From the IMG/VR virus record IMGVR_UViG_2903405734_000002, positions 64,001-128,000 of that record: DNA of 64,000 nucleotides; one strand, given 5' to 3'. A program made the position numbers and the translations under genes. Below, piece after piece: positions 46,452 to 54,319 of the stretch (position 1 is its first letter; each line of letters begins with the position of its first letter). The notes under the pieces are model-generated. The model saw nothing but the letters and a program-made list of their open reading frames with translations, was not told the origin of the DNA and made no database searches. Source of the DNA: a virus. Taxonomy: Duplodnaviria; Heunggongvirae; Uroviricota; Caudoviricetes.

Positions 46452-47695
46452 GTGAAATGGAAACCTGACTCCAGCGAGCTCGATTGTCGGCTGACAACGA
46501 GGTGATCTGCGCCAGACCCCAGCAGGCCCGAACTGCTACAGGTAGAGTGAAATGGAATGCTGGCCCTGATTGGCAGCGATTGTCGGCTGACAACGGGGTG
46601 ATCTGCATCAGAGCATCCGCTGGCCGGAACGGCTACAGGTAGCGTGAAATGGAAATTCCGCCCTAACAAGCTCGATTGTCGGCTACAACGGGCGGATCTG
46701 CGCATGAGTGCCAGCAGGCAGGAATAGCTACAGGTATCGTGAAATGGAATGCTGGCCCTGACTGGCTGCGATTGTCGGCTGACAACGAGGAGATCTGCAC
46801 CAGAGCACCCGCTGGCCGGAACGGCTACAGGTAGCGTGAAATGGAATTTTGACCCTGGCAAACAGTGATTGTCGGCTGACAACGGGGTGATCTGCGCCAG
46901 ACCCCAGCAGGCCAGAACTGCTACAGGTATCGTGAAATGGAAATCTGGCCTCATCGAGCTCGATTGTCAGCTGACAACGAGGTGATCTGCACCAGAGAAC
47001 CAGCTGGCCGGAACGGCTACAGGTATCGTGAAATGGAATTTTGACCCTGGCAAACAGTGATTGTCGGCTGACAACGGGGTGATCTGCGCCAGACCCCAGC
47101 TGGCCGGAACTGCTACAGGTATCGTGAAATGGAAATCTGGCCTCATCGAGCTCGATTGTCAGCTGACAACGAGGTGATCTGCACCAGAGAACCAGCTGGC
47201 CGGAACTGCTATAGGTAGCGTGAAATGGAATACTGGCCCTAACTGGCAGCGATTGTCGGCTGACAACGGGGTGATCTGCGCCAGACCCCAGCTGGCCGGA
47301 ACTGCTACAGGTATCGTGAAATGGAATGCTGGCCCTGACTGGCTGCGATTGTCGGCTGACAACGGGGTGATCTGCACCAGAGAACCAGCTGGCCGGAACT
47401 GCTATAGGTAGCGTGAAATGGAATACTGGCCCTAACTGGCAGCGATTGTCGGCTGACAACGGGGTGATCTGCACCAGAGAACCAACTGGCCGGAACTGCT
47501 ATAGGTAGCGTGAAATGGAATACTGGCCCTAACTGACAACGAGGTGATCTGCACCAGAGAACCAGCTGGCCGGAACTGCTATAGGTAGCGTGAAATGGAA
47601 TACTGGCCCTAACTGGCAGCGATTGTCGGCTGACAACGGGGTGAACTGCGCCAGACCCCAGCAGGCCCGAACTGCTACAGGTATCGTAAAATGGA
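46452..47695. repeat. Tandem array of 13 ~96-bp units plus a partial 14th core, each with a TTGTC-N4-GACAA palindrome
   Basis: GTGAAATGGAA anchors at 46452, 46547, 46644, 46739, 46836, 46932, 47028, 47124, 47220, 47316, 47413, 47510 and 47590, plus a degenerate GTAAAATGGA at 47686. Confidence 0.98.
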
Positions 47696-47853
47696 GGACT
47701 AGCCTATTTAACCAGGAACCAACACAGTTATTATAACTAAAATTAACCCAACAAGACTCAGCTTTGGCTATCCATGGTGACATTTTGCTGTTATTATGTG
47801 CAAAATAAAGGTGACACAACACCACATTAATAAAAATAAATAAAGAGGTGCTT

Positions 47854-47976
47854 ATGAGTACAAAAAATGTATTTATTTATGCAATTGAAAAAACACTTAG
47901 CCTCAACACATGGCAAAAAATGAATGTTTTTTCTACTGCAATGAATAAAATATCAGAGAAAAGAGGCTTCTCATGA
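47854..47976 (+). CDS. Unannotated 40-aa ORF MSTKNVFIYAIEKTLSLNTWQKMNVFSTAMNKISEKRGFS
   Basis: GAGGTG RBS; its TGA overlaps the next gene's ATG (ATGA). Confidence 0.5.
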   Translation: MSTKNVFIYAIEKTLSLNTWQKMNVFSTAMNKISEKRGFS

Positions 47977-48518
47977 TTAGTACGTCAGCACTCAAAAAGT
48001 GCATGTACGTACTGCTTTTAATGATCGGATTTTCTTCATTTGAAGCATCCGCCATTGACATTAATAAGCCTAGACATCTGAGGCTATACAATACAAATAC
48101 TAAAGAATTTTTGAGTTCGGTTTATCTTTCTGATGGAGCATACAATACAAGAGAAATACTTAGAATTAGTGTTTTTCTTAGGGATTTCAGGCAAAACAAG
48201 GCTGTTTTAGCGGATAAAAAGCTACTCAATGCACTATGGGTAATTAATGAAGTAACTACAAACGGTAGGGGGATTATTAAAATTAACTCTGCTTATAGGA
48301 CAAGAGAGACTAATAAGCTACTTCAAAGAAAAGGCTACAAGGCAGCAGATAGAAGCATGCACATAAGGGGTAAAGCTATCGACTTTTCTATTACCGGAGT
48401 TAGTGCAAAAGAAATTTGGCAGGTTGCAACAAAGTTAAAGATTGGTGGTGTCGGTTATTATCCATCAAGTGGATTTATTCATATTGACACTGGTGATATC
48501 AGATACTGGAGGTATTAA
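47973..48518 (+). CDS. YcbK/MepK-type peptidase M15 (DUF882), exported
   Basis: Signal peptide; L.LYN..T.E, LRD.R, SAYR...TN..L, S.H..GKAID, GGVGYYP.SGFIHIDTG..RYW. Confidence 0.9.
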   Translation: MISTSALKKCMYVLLLMIGFSSFEASAIDINKPRHLRLYNTNTKEFLSSVYLSDGAYNTREILRISVFLRDFRQNKAVLADKKLLNALWVINEVTTNGRGIIKINSAYRTRETNKLLQRKGYKAADRSMHIRGKAIDFSITGVSAKEIWQVATKLKIGGVGYYPSSGFIHIDTGDIRYWRY

Positions 48519-48938
48519 TTGATAATTAAAATCAATGCTTTGTCAAAAGGCATTACAAGCATTCTTTTTGTAGCCAGCAAAAACAGGTTCCTTTTGTTGA
48601 AAAACGGATTCCTTGCTGCGTTTATGAATATTGATGATTTAGATAGCAAAAATATTTTAGTCGGCCTTTCCTCAAAATTCAGAGATGAGGCTGTTTTGAA
48701 TGAGTTGATCCTGCTTGTAAACAAAGAAATGGGCCTAAATATTCAGCTTGGAGAATGTCGCCTTGCCCCTGTTAGGCCGCTGTGCGAGCAGTCACTTTCA
48801 GAGCCAGTCAGTGTGGCTATAGATTCACTCTACGATCTGAATGTGGTTGAGGTTTCTGATTCTGGAATCCTTTTTGAAACAAGAGGTTTTCAGCTGCCAC
48901 TATCAAAAAATGACATAAATAACATGCACTTACTCTAA
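48519..48938 (+). CDS. Hypothetical protein (true start possibly ATG 48624)
   Basis: ORF fills the gap between the ycbK-like gene and lpxC on the same strand. Confidence 0.55.
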   Translation: MIIKINALSKGITSILFVASKNRFLLLKNGFLAAFMNIDDLDSKNILVGLSSKFRDEAVLNELILLVNKEMGLNIQLGECRLAPVRPLCEQSLSEPVSVAIDSLYDLNVVEVSDSGILFETRGFQLPLSKNDINNMHLL

Positions 48939-48947
48939 GGCTTTCAT

Positions 48948-49880
48948 ATGATAAGACAGAGAACCATTAGGAAGGAAATTTGTACAACAGGTGTCGGCCT
49001 TCACTCCGGCAACAGGGTTTATATGAATCTCAAGCCAGCACCAATAAATACTGGTGTTGTGTTCATAAGGAATGATCTGTCACCAAAAACTATCATCAAG
49101 GCAGATGCATCGTTGGTGCATGACACTCTTCTTTGCACCGCTCTAGTTGGAGATAACGGCGTCAGGGTGTCAACCATTGAACATTTGTCGGCGGCATTGA
49201 GCGCCCTTGGAATTGATAATATTTTTGTTGAGCTGGATTCATCAGAAGTTCCAGTAATGGATGGTAGTTCGCATCCTTTCCTTTATCTTTTGACCTCGGC
49301 AGGAATAAAAGAACAAAAGGCCCTTAAAAAATTCATCAAAATCAAAGAGACCGTTAGGGTTGAGGATGGTGATAAATGGGCAGAACTATCTCCGGCGATA
49401 TGGGGAAAACCTGGATTTAGGCTATCTCTTGAGATTGATTTTGATCAGCCTGCAATTTCAAGAACAAATCAGTCTGTATCGATAGAATTAACTGCCAATA
49501 ATTTTGCTAAAAACATCAGCAGAGCAAGAACATTTGGATTTATGAAAGACATTGAAATGCTCAGGGCAAAAAACCTAGCACTTGGTGGAACTCTTGATAA
49601 TGCAGTTGTAATTGATGATTATAAAGTCATCAATCCAGATGGCCTTAGATTTGATGATGAGTTTGTAAGGCATAAAATGCTTGATGCCATTGGTGACTTA
49701 TATATGAGTGGAAGCAGCATTATTGGCTCATTTAATGCATATAAAACTGGTCACTATCTAAACAACAAACTCATAAGATGCCTACTGGAGAATAAAACGG
49801 CATGGGAATATGTTGAATTTGGCGGCGGCGATGAATCAGGCGATATCTACTCTATTGAGAGCACTCTGATCCTTGCGTAA
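48948..49880 (+). CDS. lpxC: UDP-3-O-acyl-N-acetylglucosamine deacetylase
   Basis: [49 protein letters not shown]. Confidence 0.97.
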   Translation: MIRQRTIRKEICTTGVGLHSGNRVYMNLKPAPINTGVVFIRNDLSPKTIIKADASLVHDTLLCTALVGDNGVRVSTIEHLSAALSALGIDNIFVELDSSEVPVMDGSSHPFLYLLTSAGIKEQKALKKFIKIKETVRVEDGDKWAELSPAIWGKPGFRLSLEIDFDQPAISRTNQSVSIELTANNFAKNISRARTFGFMKDIEMLRAKNLALGGTLDNAVVIDDYKVINPDGLRFDDEFVRHKMLDAIGDLYMSGSSIIGSFNAYKTGHYLNNKLIRCLLENKTAWEYVEFGGGDESGDIYSIESTLILA

Positions 49881-49928
49881 CCAATTAATTAATTATAAAA
49901 TAATTGAACACTCAAGACTGGGCTTTTT

Positions 49929-50870
49929 ATGAAAAAAACTGTTGTAATTGTCGATACCAATAACTTGCTGTATCGCATGTTTCACACTCAGCCACCTAGA
50001 ATTTTTAAGGGGCAGCGTGTTGAGTCTATGAAGGCATCCGTTTCTGCCATCATGAGGCTTTCAGAGTCAACTCCAGTCGGCAAGCCCGAAAAGGTTGTGG
50101 CTGTTTTCGATGCGCCAGGTAAAACATTTCGAGATGAGATGTTTGTTGATTACAAGACAAACAGAAAAGGAATGCCTGACGAGCTTAAGCAGCAAGAATC
50201 GAGCTTGAAAGAAGTTCTGTCGGCAATTGGGGTTCCTGTGATCTCGAAGGAAGGGGTTGAGGCTGATGATGCAATTGGTATGCTGGCAGCACACTTCAAC
50301 AGCAAGGGCTACTTTGTTTTAATCTTTTCAAATGATAAAGATATCCTTCAATTGGTGTCGGATGATGTTGCGGTTATGAATCCGTCTGTAAAAACGCTGA
50401 TGGATTCAGCAGCTGTTGTTGAAAAGCTAGGTGTTCCACCATCACTGGTTGTCGATTTTCTCGCGCTAAAGGGGGATGCAGCCGATAACATTCCTGGTGT
50501 TGATGGTGTTGGAGACAAAACGGCGGCAAAGCTGTTGAACACTTACGGTTCACTGCAAAACCTGGTGGAAAACGCAGAAAAAATCAAAGGCGTGATCGGA
50601 ACAAGGATTTCTGAGTTTAAAGAGCAATCTGTGGTCAATATGCTTCTTTGTGCTATTAAGAGGGATCCGCTAGGACTGACTAATGCAGAAATCGAAGAAG
50701 TAGAAAACAGCAAAGGAAGCATGTCGGCATGTAAAGCCATGAGCCAGCGTTATGGCATAGATGTAAAGCCGAAGGCGGAGAGCACAGAACCGGATCATGT
50801 TGTGGCTGAAAAGCCAGTATCAAAAAAAGAGTCTCCAGATAAAGAACAGGGTCAAATGTCTCTTTTTTGA
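49929..50870 (+). CDS. Standalone 5'-3' exonuclease/flap endonuclease (Pol I N-terminal-like)
   Basis: IVD..N..YR, VFDA..KTFR, YK.NR, EADD.IG, DKD..QL, L.GD..DNIPGV.G.G.KTA..LL..YGSL; ends QMSLF. Confidence 0.93.
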   Translation: MKKTVVIVDTNNLLYRMFHTQPPRIFKGQRVESMKASVSAIMRLSESTPVGKPEKVVAVFDAPGKTFRDEMFVDYKTNRKGMPDELKQQESSLKEVLSAIGVPVISKEGVEADDAIGMLAAHFNSKGYFVLIFSNDKDILQLVSDDVAVMNPSVKTLMDSAAVVEKLGVPPSLVVDFLALKGDAADNIPGVDGVGDKTAAKLLNTYGSLQNLVENAEKIKGVIGTRISEFKEQSVVNMLLCAIKRDPLGLTNAEIEEVENSKGSMSACKAMSQRYGIDVKPKAESTEPDHVVAEKPVSKKESPDKEQGQMSLF

Positions 50871-50982
50871 GTTTAGCAAAACAATGGGGCCTCTCTAGGT
50901 AGAGTGGCCCTTTCTATTTTTGGTGGATTCAGTATTCTTGAACGCTGTAGCTTAAGCTAACCATCAAAAATGGAAGCAATCG

Positions 50983-52254
50983 ATGAATACCAGCAAGACT
51001 GATGCCAAAGAAACCTCTCCATTCCCAATTTTTGATTCGTATTCAAGCATAAAAGACTTGAATCAACGTGCGCCATATCCCTCTGATACTCCATCAATTG
51101 AACAAAAAATAGCTCAAGTGTGTGAATCTGTACCTGGTGCAGAGGATGATTACAAGATGAGCATTCAATACCTTCTCCTTATGGGTAGAAAAAGTGAACA
51201 AACCTATAATGCCCTCAGAACAGAGATTGAGAGGCTCCTGTTGTGGAGCTGGCTAATCCAAAAGAAATCCCTGGCTGAGCTAAAGAGAGCTGACTATGAA
51301 GGATTTGTTGATTTCTTCGTTGTCTCGCCGTCAGATTGGGTAGGTAGTGATCGGCTTCATCATTTCATTGATGAGCCAGGTAGCGGTGGAAGAAAGATCC
51401 CCAACCCTCGATGGCGTCCATTCAGATCCATTGAGAACAGCAATGAGCGAAGAAGGACTATCAAGAGAAATCCATCGGCATCAGCCTTCATGAAGATGTT
51501 TTCATCTCTAACCTCATTCTTGGATTTTCTGATATTGGAGGGTTATATAGAAGGAAACCCGATTCCAGCTGTTAAGAAAAACAGCCCCTATCTGATCAAG
51601 GATGTTTCAATTAAAAGATCTCATCGACTATCAGAGCTCGAATGGGGGTTTGTTCTTGACACAATTGAGGATGCTGCAAACAAAGACGCTCGATATGAGA
51701 GAAACCTCTTTGCAATACTTTTGTTGAAGAGTTGCTACCTTCGGATCTCGGAGATAGCAGAGCGAAGCGAATGGGCTCCTCTCATGTCTCACATAGAGAA
51801 CCAGGATGGCTACTGGTGGATACTCGTTTACGGCAAGGGTTCCAAGCTCAGAAGCGTTTCAATGTCGGATGCCTTGATACCCTACCTCCTTCGCTACAGA
51901 CGCTCCAGAGGGCTTCCTGATGACATTCCTGTAGGTGAGAAAGAACCACTGATCCACAAGCTCAAAGGACAGGGCGGTGTGAGCATTAGACAGGCCACAA
52001 GGATTGTCGAAGAATCATTTGATATTGCTGTATCAAAAATGAAAGAAGATGGTTTTATCAAAGAAGCAGAGCAATTAAAGATGGCGACATCCCACTGGCT
52101 TAGACATACAGGTGCGTCAATGGATGTGAGTTCCAGGCCATTGAAACATCTATCGGATGATCTTGGACATGCAAGTTTGGCAACAACAGACAGAGTGTAT
52201 GTCCAGTCAGATGAAATGGAGAGAGCTGAATCAGGAAGAAAAAGAAAGCTATAA
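50983..52254 (+). CDS. Tyrosine recombinase (phage integrase/XerD-like family)
   Basis: LRISE, GKG.K.R, HWLRHT, LGHAS..TT..Y catalytic R-K-H-R-H-Y set. Confidence 0.93.
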   Translation: MNTSKTDAKETSPFPIFDSYSSIKDLNQRAPYPSDTPSIEQKIAQVCESVPGAEDDYKMSIQYLLLMGRKSEQTYNALRTEIERLLLWSWLIQKKSLAELKRADYEGFVDFFVVSPSDWVGSDRLHHFIDEPGSGGRKIPNPRWRPFRSIENSNERRRTIKRNPSASAFMKMFSSLTSFLDFLILEGYIEGNPIPAVKKNSPYLIKDVSIKRSHRLSELEWGFVLDTIEDAANKDARYERNLFAILLLKSCYLRISEIAERSEWAPLMSHIENQDGYWWILVYGKGSKLRSVSMSDALIPYLLRYRRSRGLPDDIPVGEKEPLIHKLKGQGGVSIRQATRIVEESFDIAVSKMKEDGFIKEAEQLKMATSHWLRHTGASMDVSSRPLKHLSDDLGHASLATTDRVYVQSDEMERAESGRKRKL

Positions 52255-52463
52255 ATCAACCATGGGTATGCCCTCTCCCACCAAAATGAGGGCTAATAGA
52301 ACATGGTGTAACTAGCAACAAACCGTTTAATCAAACCAGCGACAGCAACAGAATAATGATGAAATAAGAAAAAAAAGACTGAATTTGAAAAAAAACCTAT
52401 TTCTTTGTTGACAATGAAAGAAAGAAATATTAGATTTAACTCGTACCTACCAATTACGAGGAA

Positions 52464-52910
52464 ATGAATATGAGCAACACTGAAATGCAATTCGAAAAAA
52501 CCCTGCTGAACCAACGTAGCCTTCGTGCAGCTGTTCGACCGCTGACTATCGATCAGATCGATGAAGCCATCGAAAAATTGACTGCTGTTCGCGCAGAGCG
52601 ATATGAAGCAGAGAAAGAGCAGATCGAAGCGGAAAAAGCTCGCCAAGCAAAACTGGCTGAATTCCGTGAGCTGATGAAGGAAGAAGGTATTAATCCGGCA
52701 GATCTGATCGCTGGTGTAGAAACCACTACCACCACCAAGCAAAAAGCAAAACGCGCTCCGCGCCCTGCAAAGTATGAATACCTGAATGCAGATGGCGAGC
52801 GCATGACCTGGACTGGTCAGGGCCGTCAGCCTCGCGCAATTGCCGATGCTATCGCCGAAGGCTCCAAAACCCTGGAAGACTTCGAGATCAAGGCTGCTGC
52901 TGCCGAGTGA
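52464..52910 (+). CDS. hns: H-NS family nucleoid-structuring protein
   Basis: LLN.RSLRAA, KRAPRPAKY.Y, TWTGQGR.P; GAGG RBS (start may be ATG 52470). Confidence 0.96.
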   Translation: MNMSNTEMQFEKTLLNQRSLRAAVRPLTIDQIDEAIEKLTAVRAERYEAEKEQIEAEKARQAKLAEFRELMKEEGINPADLIAGVETTTTTKQKAKRAPRPAKYEYLNADGERMTWTGQGRQPRAIADAIAEGSKTLEDFEIKAAAAE

Positions 52911-52952
52911 ATCGAATGATGGTGCAGTTCAACAGAAATGCACCATCCGATT

Positions 52953-52986
52953 AAAGCTCTCCCGCCTCATGGCGGGAGTGGTTTTT
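52953..52986. terminator. Intrinsic terminator between convergent genes
   Basis: CTCCCGCC-TCAT-GGCGGGAG followed by a T run. Confidence 0.75.
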
Positions 52987-52987
52987 G

Positions 52988-54316
52988 TTACATATACCCA
53001 ACACCATATCCGTATTCACTTGTTTTTTTGCTGTTTTTCAGCTCTCTCTCTTTTTCCAGTTCCTTTTCATGACTGCTCTCTCCAAGTGCATATGCGATCT
53101 CTTGAATCCTGTACCAATGCTCATCAAACGCATCTACTGACTTCCTTGTTTTTCTTTCAATAAACGCAATTTCTTTGAGTCCTGTCATTGTTGGATGTTC
53201 AATATTGACCTCAAACATGGTGTCATATTTATCCTTCTTGAACTTGAAGTTATCACCGAACCTCTCCCTGCAAAGAAGAACATCTTCCTTGTCGAATCGG
53301 ATCTTCTCGTTGGTTTCTTTGGCTTTGTTAAGCATAATTTCTGTTAAAAGAAGTCGTGTTTTCTCGTCTTCTGCATGCATCCTGAAAAGTTTTGGTGTTT
53401 CTGATGTGTCATAAACCCCTCCGACATATACGTACCCTTTGATGGCCTTCTCAATAAAGTGATCATACTTATCTTCATTTTTTAACAATTCAAATATTTT
53501 TGGACTGTAGATTATGGCCACATTTGAGTCGATATGAAACAGGCAATTTTTTTTGCTAAAGACATCTAGATTGACGACATCCTTTCTTTTTGCTGGGGAG
53601 TATTGCTTGATTTCATAGAATCGAATTGGGCTCTCGTAGGCCCTCTGGAAAGCATTCTTGGTCACAAGTGCTGACTCAAGGATACTGTTTATATCAGACA
53701 TGCTCATTTTACCGCTGAGGTAAGCCTCGCGGTACTCTCCATTTCGCAATGACCTGGATACAAGCTCCTGATAGCACTTGAAGATCATGGCATCCCCTGC
53801 TGGCGTGGTTCCGCCAGTGTAGCCGAAAGGGTGGTGCTTGATATTCTCCATCTTGATGACATGACCAAGACCCAGGCCCTGATACTCCTTCGCAACAGCA
53901 ATAAGGCGGCATCCCCACTCATCAGCAGTAAATGCAACAAGATCACCAGTATGTGCATTAAAAATGGCATTTTCTGTGCGGTAGCGATCTGGTATGCGAA
54001 TGGCCTTCTCTTCTGCTGTCATCATGACTGCATTACCATTACTGTCTCTTTTGAGGTTGCCTTCTTTATCATGAGTGACATACTCGCTCGCATGACGATC
54101 AATGGTTTTTTCTCTGAGCTCAAAGCGAATTCCTGCCAGGGTAAAGTTATTTACAACTTTAATAAACCCGTCTTTTAGATAGTTCTTGTTCATTTCCTCT
54201 ACTGTGTAGCCATAGGCTGAACTGTCATGCTCAATATTATTGCCATTAATAATCTTGTAGTAATCCCTAAATGGCATCATTGATGGCTTTGCATTCTTAT
54301 CAAGATTTTTTTTCAT
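52988..54316 (-). CDS. Hypothetical protein with GNAT-like motif
   Basis: IAVAKEYQGLGLG acetyl-CoA-binding-like loop followed by T.AG. Confidence 0.6.
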   Translation of the reverse strand: MKKNLDKNAKPSMMPFRDYYKIINGNNIEHDSSAYGYTVEEMNKNYLKDGFIKVVNNFTLAGIRFELREKTIDRHASEYVTHDKEGNLKRDSNGNAVMMTAEEKAIRIPDRYRTENAIFNAHTGDLVAFTADEWGCRLIAVAKEYQGLGLGHVIKMENIKHHPFGYTGGTTPAGDAMIFKCYQELVSRSLRNGEYREAYLSGKMSMSDINSILESALVTKNAFQRAYESPIRFYEIKQYSPAKRKDVVNLDVFSKKNCLFHIDSNVAIIYSPKIFELLKNEDKYDHFIEKAIKGYVYVGGVYDTSETPKLFRMHAEDEKTRLLLTEIMLNKAKETNEKIRFDKEDVLLCRERFGDNFKFKKDKYDTMFEVNIEHPTMTGLKEIAFIERKTRKSVDAFDEHWYRIQEIAYALGESSHEKELEKERELKNSKKTSEYGYGVGYM

Positions 54317-54319
54317 TAT

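Noticed and set aside
47254-47270. sigma54 promoter in array units (TGGCAG...TTG)
   Set aside because: The GG-to-GC spacing does not fit the -24/-12 consensus.
46452-47695. CRISPR array
   Set aside because: The variable segments are related to one another and recur identically. Each ~96-bp unit has three conserved cores rather than one repeat plus a unique spacer, and no cas genes are in the window.
46452-47695. TIGR-like dual-spacer guide array
   Set aside because: There are two variable segments per unit, but the units are far longer than ~36 nt, the variable parts are homologous rather than independent, and I see no box C/D motifs or Nop-domain gene.
46411-47825. ORFs across the array (46415-46954, 46728-47474 and others)
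   Set aside because: The 95/97-bp units switch frame, so the peptide repeat changes register. There is no RBS and the composition is implausible.
50983-52254. Prophage or integrative element boundary at the recombinase
   Set aside because: No att-like direct repeats, tRNA target, excisionase or compositional break noticed around it.
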